DNA of 64,000 nt, taken from positions 27,589 through 91,588 of the IMG/VR virus record IMGVR_UViG_3300017987_000009. One strand, 5' to 3'. Shown here one piece after another: positions 1-9,565 of this stretch. A program made the position numbers and the translations under genes. The stretch comes from a virus. Below the pieces are notes generated by a model that made no database searches, was not told the origin of the DNA, and worked only from the letters and a program-made list of their open reading frames with translations. Position 1 is the first letter of the stretch. The number at the start of each line of letters is the position of its first letter.

Positions 1-4
1 CGAC

Positions 5-1933
5 GTGGTGCTCAAACTGCGGGCCGCGCTCGCGGCCGCGACCACTGTCGTGTTCGAGCGGTCGCAGGTGTCGACCAGGCGGACGGCGGACGAGGCCGCG
101 GTCGTGTTCGAGGTGCTGGAGGAGCTGGCCGCGACGCGCAGCGACCTCGGGCACATCACGAAAGTGCTGGCGCTGTACAACGTGACGTCGGCTTTCACCG
201 ACTACACGGCGGAGGCGAACAGCGCGCCGGGAGACGACTTCGCCCCCTGGCCGGCCCCGCCGGACGGCGGCGACATGCTGTACATCGGGCACGCCGACGT
301 GATGTTCGACCAGATCGGCGTGGAGCTGGACACGAACGGCGACGACTACGACGGGCGCTGGGAGTACTACAACGGCGAGGTCCTAGACGGGAAGCCCGAC
401 TCTGTCGAGCGGGTCGGCTCGACGCTTCGCTTCGTCGTGAACGGGGTGGTCGGGGTGTCGGAGGCGCTGGGGCTGGTCGTGCGCGTGCAGCTCGACAAGA
501 CCGGCGCGTACGAGGACTGCGTCTCGCAGTGGGGCGATCTCGGATCCGGCGACGTGAACTACATTGTCACCTCCACCCTGCTCGGGCAGACGATCGGCGA
601 GGCCGACCTGACGAGCGTCGCGGACTACACGGTCGGCAGCGAGTGGAACGAGGTGCCCGACCTCGACGACGGGACCGACGCCGGGACCGGCGGGATGCAG
701 ACGCCCCTAAGCCAGCCGGGCGACGTCAAGTTCTCGCTGCCCGAGTCGCTGGTCGACAAGTGGCAGAAGACCACGATTGAGGAGGTCGAGGCGTACTGGG
801 TCAGGATGCGCGTCGTCGCGAACGGAACACCGACCACCCCGGTCATCGACAGGCTGCGGATCGACCAGGGCGGACAGTACGTCAAGACGACCGCGGTGCA
901 GGGTCAGACGCAGAACGACCCGAACCTCGGGACGGCGGACGGAGTCACGCCGAACCAGTCGTTCGAGACCACGCGCGACGGCTTCATCGACGGCAGCGAG
1001 ACGGTCACGGTCGGCGGCACCGTGTGGACGCGCGTGTCGAACTTCCTGCAGAGCAAGCCGACAGACCGGCACTACAAGGTCGCCCTCGGCGAGCGCGACC
1101 GCGCGTCCTACAAGTTCGGCAACGGCGTGAACGGCGCGATCCCGTCCGGCCAAGTCGCGTCGGTCTATCGGTACGGCGTCGAGACCGACGGCAACGTGGG
1201 CGCGGGAACAATCACGCAGGACAAGTCGGGGCTGGCGAGCGTAGCCTCGCTCTGGAACCCGCGGCCGGCGGTCGGCTGGCAGCAGGCGGAGAGCGCGACG
1301 GAGGCGACGCGCGAGCGCGCCAAGGTTGCGGGGCCGGCGTCCCTGCGGTCGGGCGAGGTCGCGCTGGGGCCGGAGGACGTCGAGGACTTCACGGTCAACA
1401 GGTACACCGACCCCGACACTGGCGCCAAGCCGTTCACCCGCTCGACCGTGATCGAGGGGTCCTTCGGCCCGAAGACGATGGAGAACGTGGTGGTCGGCGC
1501 GGGCGGGAACCCTGCGACTGCGGCGCAGCTGGCCGCCCTCGACCTGTGGCTCAACGGCGACAAGTACGCATCGCCGCCAGTGCGCAGCCGGGTGGTCGCC
1601 AACCAGGAAGTGACGTCGACGAACTTCGCGCCGCGGACGATCGGCGTGCGGGCCGACGTCTACGGCGCGAGCAGCACGAGCGCGATCGAAGACGCGCTCG
1701 AGGCGCTGCTCCAGCCAGAGACCAGGCAGGAGGACGGCGTCAGCTTCGAGTGGGAGTTCGGCGGCGACATATTCCTGAGTCGCATAACGCACGAGATATT
1801 CGCGGCCGACCCCGGCGTGACGCGAGTCGAGAACCTCGAGCTCCACGACGGCACGAGCTGGGTAGCGGCCAACGTACCGCTTGGCAGCCGCGAGCTCCCG
1901 GTGGCCGGGACTGTCACCATCACGGCGGCGTAG
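5..1933 (+). CDS. Baseplate J-like (wedge) assembly protein, probably 5'-truncated by the window edge
   Basis: Contains GTADGVTPNQSF, W(T)RVSNFLQSKPTDRHY, FGNGVNGAIP, YRYG..GNVGAGTI and a C-terminal WEFGGDIFLSRI, all typical of putative baseplate assembly proteins; lies upstream of tail genes. Confidence 0.85.
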   Translation: MVLKLRAALAAATTVVFERSQVSTRRTADEAAVVFEVLEELAATRSDLGHITKVLALYNVTSAFTDYTAEANSAPGDDFAPWPAPPDGGDMLYIGHADVMFDQIGVELDTNGDDYDGRWEYYNGEVLDGKPDSVERVGSTLRFVVNGVVGVSEALGLVVRVQLDKTGAYEDCVSQWGDLGSGDVNYIVTSTLLGQTIGEADLTSVADYTVGSEWNEVPDLDDGTDAGTGGMQTPLSQPGDVKFSLPESLVDKWQKTTIEEVEAYWVRMRVVANGTPTTPVIDRLRIDQGGQYVKTTAVQGQTQNDPNLGTADGVTPNQSFETTRDGFIDGSETVTVGGTVWTRVSNFLQSKPTDRHYKVALGERDRASYKFGNGVNGAIPSGQVASVYRYGVETDGNVGAGTITQDKSGLASVASLWNPRPAVGWQQAESATEATRERAKVAGPASLRSGEVALGPEDVEDFTVNRYTDPDTGAKPFTRSTVIEGSFGPKTMENVVVGAGGNPATAAQLAALDLWLNGDKYASPPVRSRVVANQEVTSTNFAPRTIGVRADVYGASSTSAIEDALEALLQPETRQEDGVSFEWEFGGDIFLSRITHEIFAADPGVTRVENLELHDGTSWVAANVPLGSRELPVAGTVTITAA

Positions 1934-1936
1934 GCG

Positions 1937-3103
1937 ATGACCGTACCCCGAGACATCTACGACTTCTTCATCGAGCCGATCCGGCGCGAGGACCAGCGCA
2001 AGGGGCACCAGTTCCTGCAGCGTTACCTGCGCGGGCACCAGCACGTGTGGGAGACGCTGCACGAGAAGATCCACTCGGTCACGGACCTCTGGTCGGTCGA
2101 GGACTGCCCGGACGAGCAGCTGAAGTACTTGAAGTGGATCGTCGGCTGGACGAGCGCGCTCGACTACGTCACGCGGGAGCTAGGCTTCGACGAGCTGCGC
2201 CGGCTGATCTCGATCTCCGGCCGGCTGTGGAAGGAGCGCGGCGCGGAGAGCGCGATCGTGGACGTGATGTTCTTCGCCACCGGGGCGCGCAACCGGACGT
2301 GGAACTGGTTCGACTTCCGCTGGATCGTCGGCGAGACGTCGCTCGCGGAGGACCACCAGGGGTGGGACCCTTGGATCGTCGGCACGGACGAGGAGACGGA
2401 GTCCAACCTTCGCATCGTCGACGATGGCGCGCTGAACCGCGCCCTTGTGGCCAACCTCCTCAAGCTCATGCGGGCGGCTAACGAGAAGTGGGAGATCACG
2501 TACCTGCACTTCCTCGACCAGTTCCTGCAGGACGGCGACATTACCCAGTGGCGTGTCGACGCGACCGACTGCCCGACGCTCGCCGTAGAGGGCGGCGTCA
2601 TGTCTATGACCGACAGCTCCCAGGTCGAGCGGACACGCGCCGCCGCCGGGACGTTCGGCAACGAGTTCTCCGCGTTCTTCCGACTACGCGGCGTCGGCAA
2701 CACGACCAAAGGCTTCGGCTTCGAGTGGAATGTGGACCCGACGTCCGGGGTCGGGCGGTACTTCGCGCGCTGCGCGCCGGGGTCGAAGAAGATCAGCTTC
2801 TACTACATGAGCGGGGCGACGCCGGTCTGGTTCGGCGAGGCGAACCTGGCCGGGGAGGCGTACTACGGCCGCGTCTGGTACGGCTACCGCGTCACCTCCA
2901 CGATCGAGGAGACGACGAAGCGGCGCTTCCGGGTCTACCTGGACGGGTCGCTCGTGTTCTCGTTCCTCTGGACTACCGCGCCTCACTCGGGCGGCACAAT
3001 CGGTGTCTTCCACGAGGACGCTACCAACCGTTACGTGGAGTGCAGCGAGGCGGAGGTGGCGAGGCTGCCCGCCGACTACGACTACATCGGCATCAACCCG
3101 TAG
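1937..3103 (+). CDS. Baseplate/tail protein (P2 gpI-like N-terminus, lectin-like C-terminus)
   Basis: FLQRYL...LWSVEDCPDEQLKYLKWIVGW...RRLISISGRLWKERG resembles the gpI-like tail protein that follows gpJ; beta-rich C-terminus. Confidence 0.7.
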   Translation: MTVPRDIYDFFIEPIRREDQRKGHQFLQRYLRGHQHVWETLHEKIHSVTDLWSVEDCPDEQLKYLKWIVGWTSALDYVTRELGFDELRRLISISGRLWKERGAESAIVDVMFFATGARNRTWNWFDFRWIVGETSLAEDHQGWDPWIVGTDEETESNLRIVDDGALNRALVANLLKLMRAANEKWEITYLHFLDQFLQDGDITQWRVDATDCPTLAVEGGVMSMTDSSQVERTRAAAGTFGNEFSAFFRLRGVGNTTKGFGFEWNVDPTSGVGRYFARCAPGSKKISFYYMSGATPVWFGEANLAGEAYYGRVWYGYRVTSTIEETTKRRFRVYLDGSLVFSFLWTTAPHSGGTIGVFHEDATNRYVECSEAEVARLPADYDYIGINP

Positions 3104-3112
3104 GAGACGACG

Positions 3113-4987
3113 ATGGCGACAAAGAATGAGTACACCAATATAATCCTCAAGCGGCTGCTCGATTGGGACCACCTCGGGGCCTACCTCTTCGACTACATGA
3201 TGGACGAGCTGCGCGCCGCCTTCGCTCGCGTCTACGACAAGGACGGCACGTTCGGCAGCACGAAAGTCACGATCGCGGCGAGCGGCAACGATGAGTTCGA
3301 TCTGTCGTCGCAGCAAGGGACCGACGGGCGAGGCTGGTTCCTGGAGAGCGGGCTGCTGTACAGCTCGGTCGACTACGAGCAGAACGTGCCGTTCGAGAAT
3401 ACCAACACCGTCATCTATGACATCGGCCTTCGGCGCGCCCTTGTGCCCATCGGCGTTCACAACGGCTCGCGCTCTGGCGTGCCGGAGTACAAGCGGTGGC
3501 AGGAGCGCATCGGGAAAGTCGGAACCCCCGACAGCATTGGCACCGGTCTCTCGTCCAACGTGTACCTCAACCTCCCCGCCTCCATCTGCGACAACGACCG
3601 CACGCACGCTGGCCGGAAGGTCTTGGCGTGGAAGGTCGACCCGCTGTCGAGCGAGGAGGCCGTCGCGATCCAGTTGCTCACCGTCGAGTTCACGGGCAGC
3701 GTGAACCGCGTTCTTTCCAACGACTTCTTCGGAGGCGACTCGAAGGACTCCACGGCCGCGAACTACCGCGTCTGCCTTCTCGGCCCGCGCGTGACGCGGC
3801 AGAGCGAGACGCCGCTCCAGAGCGAAAGCAACACGTGGTATGTGGGGCAGATCGTCGGCGCCGGGGCTGGCAACCCGCCGACAAGCCCTTCGGTGGCAAA
3901 CCAGCGGTTGATCGAGTACTCGCTCTCCGACTGGATCGCGCAAGTGGACACGAACAAAGCGCTGTCCGAGGGGAACTTCGGCGTGCGGCAAGCGGCGTCG
4001 ATCGGCAACTGGTTCCTCGGCGCCGAGGCCGCGTCCGGCGGCGACTACAGCGCGAACGACGCGGCGGGTGGTCGCACCGGTAGCGCCACGACCGCTGGCG
4101 GGACTTACTGGGTCGTCGTCGGCGACGACGACGGGTCGGACGCTTTGTTGTTTTACTCGAACCGCGGACGCGAGTGGACGGAGAAGGCGAACCCGAAGGC
4201 GTACGACCTCAACGGCGTCGTCTACGATCCCTCCAACGACATCTGGATTTCCGTTGGCGACGCAGACGGCGCCGACGCTTACATCATCACATGTCCGTCG
4301 TCGCCGAACCAGACGTGGACCGAGCGCGCGAACGCCAAGAACGTGTCCCTGAACAAGATCGCCACGGACGGTTCGGGCACCTCGATCGCGGTCGGCGCGA
4401 ACGACGGTTCGGACGTCTACGCGTTGAAGACGACGAACGGCACCTCGTTCAGCGAGCTGTCCCTCGGCGGCTCTGGAGACGTCGGCAACGACATTGCCTA
4501 CGGCGAGCCGGGCGGCGTGCCGACCTGGGTGGTCTGCGGGCGGAACGGTTCGACGCCGAAAGTTTGGTACAGCATTGACGGCGGTTCGTCCTGGAGCTCG
4601 GCTACCGTGCCGGGGTCCTTCGCCGACCCGTGCAAGACCATTGCCTGGAACGGGCGCAAGTTCGTGGTCGGCGGCGACAGCGGCGACATGATGAATAGCG
4701 CCGACGGGCAGACTTGGGCGTTCATCCACGACCAGTGGGGCGACCTCAACAACGTCGAGGGCGACACGCTGAACCATGTATTCCTCGGATCGACCGGTGC
4801 GCAGTTCTTCGCCTCGCTTGACGACGGCGACACCTGGCAACGCTTGCCGCACTATCCGCATCGGGCGGGCGACGAGACGAATGCCCCGGCGCGCGTGGCG
4901 CATGACGGCTACGCGTGGCTCGGCTACGAGGTGGACTTTACCGACGACAAGCTCTGGACGGCGTTCTCGGGCAACACGAACTTCTAA
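3113..4987 (+). CDS. Tail fibre / receptor-binding protein with BNR/Asp-box beta-propeller
   Basis: Repeated S-x-D-x-G-x-T/S-W-like motifs (YSNRGREW, TTNGTSF, YSIDGGSSW, SADGQTW, SLDDGDTW); position after baseplate genes. Confidence 0.7.
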   Translation: MATKNEYTNIILKRLLDWDHLGAYLFDYMMDELRAAFARVYDKDGTFGSTKVTIAASGNDEFDLSSQQGTDGRGWFLESGLLYSSVDYEQNVPFENTNTVIYDIGLRRALVPIGVHNGSRSGVPEYKRWQERIGKVGTPDSIGTGLSSNVYLNLPASICDNDRTHAGRKVLAWKVDPLSSEEAVAIQLLTVEFTGSVNRVLSNDFFGGDSKDSTAANYRVCLLGPRVTRQSETPLQSESNTWYVGQIVGAGAGNPPTSPSVANQRLIEYSLSDWIAQVDTNKALSEGNFGVRQAASIGNWFLGAEAASGGDYSANDAAGGRTGSATTAGGTYWVVVGDDDGSDALLFYSNRGREWTEKANPKAYDLNGVVYDPSNDIWISVGDADGADAYIITCPSSPNQTWTERANAKNVSLNKIATDGSGTSIAVGANDGSDVYALKTTNGTSFSELSLGGSGDVGNDIAYGEPGGVPTWVVCGRNGSTPKVWYSIDGGSSWSSATVPGSFADPCKTIAWNGRKFVVGGDSGDMMNSADGQTWAFIHDQWGDLNNVEGDTLNHVFLGSTGAQFFASLDDGDTWQRLPHYPHRAGDETNAPARVAHDGYAWLGYEVDFTDDKLWTAFSGNTNF

Positions 4988-5004
4988 CTCGGCAAGGAGG
5001 CTTC

Positions 5005-5670
5005 ATGAGCAACGCGATCATAGTCAACGGGAAGTGCTATCCGGTGAACGTGCCGGTGAAGCTGTGGGACGAGACGGGGCTGGAGGTCGTACCGTGGCGC
5101 GGCGCCCGCAAACGCCGTCGCTCGATCACCGTCGGCGTATGGCATTGGACCGGCGGGGAAGGAGGAGCGGCCGGACTGTTCCGCGTCCTTCGCAACAAGG
5201 GGTACGGCGTCGAGTTCTACATCGACCAAGCGGGAACCATCTGGCAGTTCTGCGATCCCGCGCTCGTCGACACCTTCGATGCTGGGTGGATGAACTCACG
5301 CTCGTTCGGCGTGGAGATCGCCAACTACGGCTTCCGACGTCGCGGCGTGCTGCCGCCGAAGAGGGGACGAGGGCGCCCGACCTACCTCTGCAAGCTCAAC
5401 GGACGGCGCCGGGAGTTCGCCCACTTCTGGCCTGCGCAGTTCGCCGCCGCGATGGCGCTGGCCGACGCGATGTCCAACGCGTGTCCGGTGCCGCGCAGCG
5501 TGCCGACGATCGGCGGGCAGGTGGTCAACCCGAACACCCTCGAACCGGAGGAGGCGCAGCACTTCGCCGGACACCTCGGCCACTTCCACATCACCAAGCG
5601 CAAGAGCGATCCGGGCCTTGACCTGCTCTCGATGTTCGCCGCGCAGTTCGCCCAGACCATTAGGAGCTGA
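5005..5670 (+). CDS. Endolysin, N-acetylmuramoyl-L-alanine amidase (Amidase_2-like)
   Basis: VWHWTGG, FYIDQAGTIWQ, NSRSFGVEIAN, GHFHITKRKSDPG zinc-amidase motifs; AAGGAGG before ATG 5005. Confidence 0.85.
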   Translation: MSNAIIVNGKCYPVNVPVKLWDETGLEVVPWRGARKRRRSITVGVWHWTGGEGGAAGLFRVLRNKGYGVEFYIDQAGTIWQFCDPALVDTFDAGWMNSRSFGVEIANYGFRRRGVLPPKRGRGRPTYLCKLNGRRREFAHFWPAQFAAAMALADAMSNACPVPRSVPTIGGQVVNPNTLEPEEAQHFAGHLGHFHITKRKSDPGLDLLSMFAAQFAQTIRS

Positions 5671-5701
5671 CGCTCCTGTGTGGTAGCCTGACGAGGAGAG
5701 G

Positions 5702-5980
5702 TTGCACGTGAAACGACCTGACTTCAGCGCGCTGCGTGGCCTGCTCGACCGCGTCCTCGAGAGGTGGGACAAGGCGAAGGCGGAGCGCCGCAAGAAGGAG
5801 GAGCTGAGGCGTCGCGCGGACGAGATCCTCGCCAAGCACGAGGCGGCGCTGAGAGCCGGGGTCCTGGGCGCGCGCGACCGGCTGGAGCTGGCGGACATCA
5901 TGCGGGTCAAGGACGTCGACGAGCGGCGGCGCAGGCTGGTCGAGTTCGACGAGCGCGGGCGCCGCCCCCGTCCGAGGTGA
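5702..5980 (+). CDS. Hypothetical protein in lysis cassette
   Basis: Fits between lysis genes; coiled-coil-like; upstream GAGGAG. Confidence 0.5.
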   Translation: MHVKRPDFSALRGLLDRVLERWDKAKAERRKKEELRRRADEILAKHEAALRAGVLGARDRLELADIMRVKDVDERRRRLVEFDERGRRPRPR

Positions 5981-5999
5981 CAAGTCGGGAGGTGTAGTT

Positions 6000-6512
6000 A
6001 TGTTGGGCACTATGTCGCACGCGAAGAGGGCGGCCCTCGTTCTCCTGCTGTACGTGGTTGTGACAACGCTCGCCAGCTGGTCGATCCTGGCCATGTCGGC
6101 CCGGGCCCAGCCCGCCGCCGGCGGGGAGCCCGCGGCGGGAGTCGAGGCGGACGGCGGTTCTGCCGCGACGGAGGCGCCAGGCGGGCCCAGGACGCCCGCC
6201 GCCGGCGGAGGCGACGGACCGCTCGTCGTCGTCGCCCGCGGCGACACGGCGCCGTTTGGCGGCCTCCTGCTGCGCGACGAGAGGTACGCCGAGCTGAAGG
6301 ACGCCGAGCTGCTGGTGAACGACGCCGAGTTCCGGGCGCGGCAAGCGGCCAGGGCGCAGGCGGACCTCGAGAAGGTCCTGAGCGCGTGCCTCCAGGTGGA
6401 GGAGGAGTCGTTCTTCGGACCGAGCTTCTGGATCGGGACCGCGGTCGGGGTCGTGGCCGCGGTCGCCGTCGGCTGGCTCGGCTTCAAGATCCTCGACGAC
6501 GAAGGAGGCTAA
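6000..6512 (+). CDS. Membrane protein, possible spanin-like lysis accessory
   Basis: N-terminal hydrophobic helix, coiled coil and C-terminal TM helix; next to endolysin. Confidence 0.5.
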   Translation: MLGTMSHAKRAALVLLLYVVVTTLASWSILAMSARAQPAAGGEPAAGVEADGGSAATEAPGGPRTPAAGGGDGPLVVVARGDTAPFGGLLLRDERYAELKDAELLVNDAEFRARQAARAQADLEKVLSACLQVEEESFFGPSFWIGTAVGVVAAVAVGWLGFKILDDEGG

Positions 6513-6515
6513 CCG

Positions 6516-7007
6516 ATGCCCGCGCACGACTCGCAGTACCCGGACGAGCACAAGCCGCGGTCGTTCCGCGTGGACCCGTCCGGCATCTCCATGAACTGGC
6601 GGTACACGTCGGTGGCCGTCGGGGCGATCTTCGCCGCGTTCGCCGGGACCGGCGGCTACGCCTCCTTCCGGCTGGTGACCGAGGCGCAAGTGAACCAGAA
6701 GATCGTCGCCAGCGAGAGCAGGACCACCAGGGAGGTCAAGGCGGTGGACGACAAGGTCGAGGTGCTCAAGACCGAGATCAGCGGGCCCGCCGGGCTGAAG
6801 GCGACGATCGGCGACCTGCAGCACGTCCAGCACAGCGACATCGCGATCCGCGAGGCAAGGCGCGTGGTCGACGAGGAGGTCGCGTGCCGGCGCAACGACG
6901 ACGAGTGCCAGGAGCGGAAGGACTACCAGCGGGAGCGGCTGCGCCGGACGAACATGGAGCGGCTGAAGAACAAGCGGGAGCCGTGCGCCTCGCTCGTATG
7001 CGACTGA
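6516..7007 (+). CDS. Membrane-anchored coiled-coil protein (holin/spanin candidate)
   Basis: One hydrophobic segment (VAVGAIFAAFAG) then coiled coil with four Cys; AAGGAGG RBS. Confidence 0.5.
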   Translation: MPAHDSQYPDEHKPRSFRVDPSGISMNWRYTSVAVGAIFAAFAGTGGYASFRLVTEAQVNQKIVASESRTTREVKAVDDKVEVLKTEISGPAGLKATIGDLQHVQHSDIAIREARRVVDEEVACRRNDDECQERKDYQRERLRRTNMERLKNKREPCASLVCD

Positions 7008-7060
7008 GCGCGGGGAACCGGGTGTCCTGACGCCGGAGTTCCGGGTACAATACCCGGACG

Positions 7061-9526
7061 ATGGCGACGCTGACAGTAGACAACAGGCACGCGTACGTGG
7101 AGGGCGCCCCGCTCCACGCGCAGCGCGCGATCGCGCGCGAGACCAGCTACCTGCAGGCCGGGTACAAGCACACCGCCGGGTTCAAGACGAAGCGGTGGGA
7201 CGGCAAGCGGAAGCTGGCGTCGATGCTGAAGGACGGGCGAATCAAGGTCCCGGCCGGGCTGGCGCAGGCGGTGGCCGACACGCTGTGCGACGAGGGCGTG
7301 CCCGTGCGGACGGTCGACGAGCGCCGCCGCCAGGAGCGCAGCGTGGCCTACGGCTGGGACCCGGGGTGCTCGCTGCGCCCGTACCAGGAGCGGGCGGTCG
7401 CGCTCGCGACGACGCCGCGCGGCACGCTCGGCCTGGTCGGCCGCGGGATCCTGAAGCTGCCGCCGCGCAGTGGCAAGACGCTGGTCACCGCCGCCATCGT
7501 CCGCGAGCTGGGCGCCCGCGCGCTGTTCATCGTCCCGTCAAAGTACCTGCTGCACCAGGCGAGGGCCGCCATCGGCGACGCGCTCCAGGCCGAGGTGGGG
7601 CAGGCGGGCGACGGCGAGTGGGAGCCGCGCGACGTGACGGTCGCGACGGTACAGACGCTGTGCAGCCGGCGCGGGAAGAACACCAAGAGGGAGCCGGCCG
7701 CGCCGGAGTACACCGAGCTGCTCGCTCGCTCCGACCTGGTCGTGTTCGACGAGTGCTTCCCGGCGGGGACCATAGTCGGCGACAAGCGAATCGAAAAGAT
7801 CCGAATCGGGGACGAAGTCCCGTCCTTCGACGAAGGTAGCCGACGAGCAGTGAGCGGGCGGGTCGTACGCCTGTTCAAGAAGCGGTGCGTCGAGTTGGTC
7901 AGGGTTCGTTTTATCTGCGGGAGGTCGCTGGTCTGCACTCCTAACCACCCCTTGTACTCGTCGCGCGGGTGGGTCCGCGCCGACAGCTTGACTGAAGGAT
8001 CGGAGGTGCTGCGTGTCGATGACAACGATGGCGTGCACCGGCTGCGGACAGCCGGTGATCAAGACCAGAAAGAGACCGACCGCCTATTGCGAAGCGTGCC
8101 AGGCGGCGCGGCGATTGGCCCGGCGAAAGAAGGTCCAAACCGAGTGCGCCTGGTGCGGGGCGCAGATCCAGTTGAGCGGGCGCCTCGGTCTGCAAGCGGC
8201 GAATCGGGGACGGGGGTACTGCTCGAAACAGTGCAAAAAGAAGTGGATGAAGCGGCGCTGGTCGGAAACGATGGCGGCGACGAACCGGAAGCACGCGTCA
8301 GCTCGGATGAAGAAGAACAACCCGTCAAGGAGACCGGATGTGCGAGCGAAGATATCGCGAACGCTGCGACTCATCGGACACCGTCCGCCGTGGACCGGCG
8401 GCAAGGGGCGAGGGACGACACGACCGCAGCGAGCGCTTCTAGCGGCGCTAACGAGAATCCAAGACGGGTGGACGGCCGAGCTGCCGATCGGCGTCAGAGG
8501 AGTCTCGGGGCTACCGAGGTGCGTCTACGTGGACCTGGCGCACGAGGCGAGCAAGACGGCGGTGGAGGTGGACGGCGGAAGCCACTGCACGCTCAAAGCT
8601 CAAGCGTCGGACCGGAAAAAGGAGCGGTTCTTAGCTGGTCGCGGGTGGACCGTGTTGAGGTTCTCGAACCGGGAAGTGACGGAAGGTTTGGAGGCGTGTG
8701 TCCGGACGGTCACGTCTACAACCTCGAAGTCGACCGGTTCCACACGTACACGGCCGACGGCTTCGTAGTCCACAACTGCCACCACCTCTCGTCCGACGAG
8801 TGGCGCAAGGTCGTGCGCGAGAGCGACGCGCCGTACAAGATCGGGCTGAGCGCGACCGCGTTCGTCGACCGCGAGGAGGAGGCGGAGCTTGGCGTGATCT
8901 GGCTGCGCGCCTGCACGGGCGAGGTCCTGGTCGACCTGTCGTGCAGCGACCTGATCAGGCAGGGCTACCTCGTCCGCCCGGAGATCCGCGTCCACGCGAT
9001 CCGCGAGCCCGACCTCCGGCGGCGCGGCTGGAGCACGAAGCTGCACCGCGACGCGATCTACAGGAACGAGCACCGCAACCGGAAGATCGCCGAGCTCGCG
9101 TGCGGGCACGCGGCCGCCGGCCGGCGGACCGTCGTCGTCACCAGCAGGCTCGAGCAGGTCGGCGCCATCACGCGCTTGCTTGGACAGACGCGTGTCCGCT
9201 TTGCGCGCGTGGTCGGGCAGACGCCTCAGTCGACACGCGACCGACAGGTCTCGCGCCTGCGGCGCGGCGAGCTCGACGCGCTCGTCGGCACTGTGCTGGA
9301 CGAGGGCGTCGACATCCCCGAGGTCGACGCGGTGGTCAACGCCGAGGGCGGCGCCGACGACAAGACCACGTACCAGCGCCTGCGCTGCCTGACGCCGCAC
9401 CCAGGCAAGGCGCGCGCGTACGTCGACGACTTCGTCGACCTGACGCACCCGTACTTCGCGGCGCACTCGCTCAAGCGGCTGGCCGTGTACCGGTCCGAGC
9501 CCGAGTTCCGCGTCGCGGTCCGCTGA
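7061..9526 (+). CDS. Superfamily II DExH helicase precursor containing an intein
   Basis: LRPYQ (Q motif), PPRSGKT (Walker A), VFDE|...|CHH giving DECH after splicing, GLSAT (motif III), VLDEGVDIP, YQRLR. Confidence 0.93.
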   Translation: MATLTVDNRHAYVEGAPLHAQRAIARETSYLQAGYKHTAGFKTKRWDGKRKLASMLKDGRIKVPAGLAQAVADTLCDEGVPVRTVDERRRQERSVAYGWDPGCSLRPYQERAVALATTPRGTLGLVGRGILKLPPRSGKTLVTAAIVRELGARALFIVPSKYLLHQARAAIGDALQAEVGQAGDGEWEPRDVTVATVQTLCSRRGKNTKREPAAPEYTELLARSDLVVFDECFPAGTIVGDKRIEKIRIGDEVPSFDEGSRRAVSGRVVRLFKKRCVELVRVRFICGRSLVCTPNHPLYSSRGWVRADSLTEGSEVLRVDDNDGVHRLRTAGDQDQKETDRLLRSVPGGAAIGPAKEGPNRVRLVRGADPVERAPRSASGESGTGVLLETVQKEVDEAALVGNDGGDEPEARVSSDEEEQPVKETGCASEDIANAATHRTPSAVDRRQGARDDTTAASASSGANENPRRVDGRAADRRQRSLGATEVRLRGPGARGEQDGGGGGRRKPLHAQSSSVGPEKGAVLSWSRVDRVEVLEPGSDGRFGGVCPDGHVYNLEVDRFHTYTADGFVVHNCHHLSSDEWRKVVRESDAPYKIGLSATAFVDREEEAELGVIWLRACTGEVLVDLSCSDLIRQGYLVRPEIRVHAIREPDLRRRGWSTKLHRDAIYRNEHRNRKIAELACGHAAAGRRTVVVTSRLEQVGAITRLLGQTRVRFARVVGQTPQSTRDRQVSRLRRGELDALVGTVLDEGVDIPEVDAVVNAEGGADDKTTYQRLRCLTPHPGKARAYVDDFVDLTHPYFAAHSLKRLAVYRSEPEFRVAVR
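7754..8776 (+). mobile_element. Intein (341 aa) inserted in the helicase Walker B/DExH motif
   Basis: Starts CFPAGT (block A), has CTPNHPL (block B TxxH), VYNLEV..FHTY (block F), ends VVHN followed by Cys+1; less GC-biased codon usage than the flanks. Confidence 0.95.
8013..8768 (+). CDS. Zinc-finger + DUF559/Vsr-like endonuclease overprinted in the +1 frame inside the intein
   Basis: CTGC/CEAC/CAWC/YCSKQC Cys motifs, basic DNA-binding stretch, then YVDLA...AVEVDGGSH...DRKKERFL..RGWTVLRFSNREV; GGAGGT at 8002-8007 before GTG 8013/ATG 8019. Confidence 0.88.
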   Translation: MSMTTMACTGCGQPVIKTRKRPTAYCEACQAARRLARRKKVQTECAWCGAQIQLSGRLGLQAANRGRGYCSKQCKKKWMKRRWSETMAATNRKHASARMKKNNPSRRPDVRAKISRTLRLIGHRPPWTGGKGRGTTRPQRALLAALTRIQDGWTAELPIGVRGVSGLPRCVYVDLAHEASKTAVEVDGGSHCTLKAQASDRKKERFLAGRGWTVLRFSNREVTEGLEACVRTVTSTTSKSTGSTRTRPTAS

Positions 9527-9535
9527 GCTTTCCTG

Positions 9536-9565
9536 TTTACTCCGGCCGGCCGGCGGCGGTATTAT
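9536..9565 (+). promoter_or_regulatory. Putative sigma70-type promoter (TTTACT-18-TATTAT)
   Basis: AT-rich hexamers in the intergenic gap before the initiator genes; -10 sits in the palindrome CGGTA-TTA-TACCG. Confidence 0.5.

Noticed and set aside
5688-5720. CTGACGA...GAAAC possible hammerhead core after the endolysin
   Set aside because: No stem II pairing between the core halves and no matching stem I/III.
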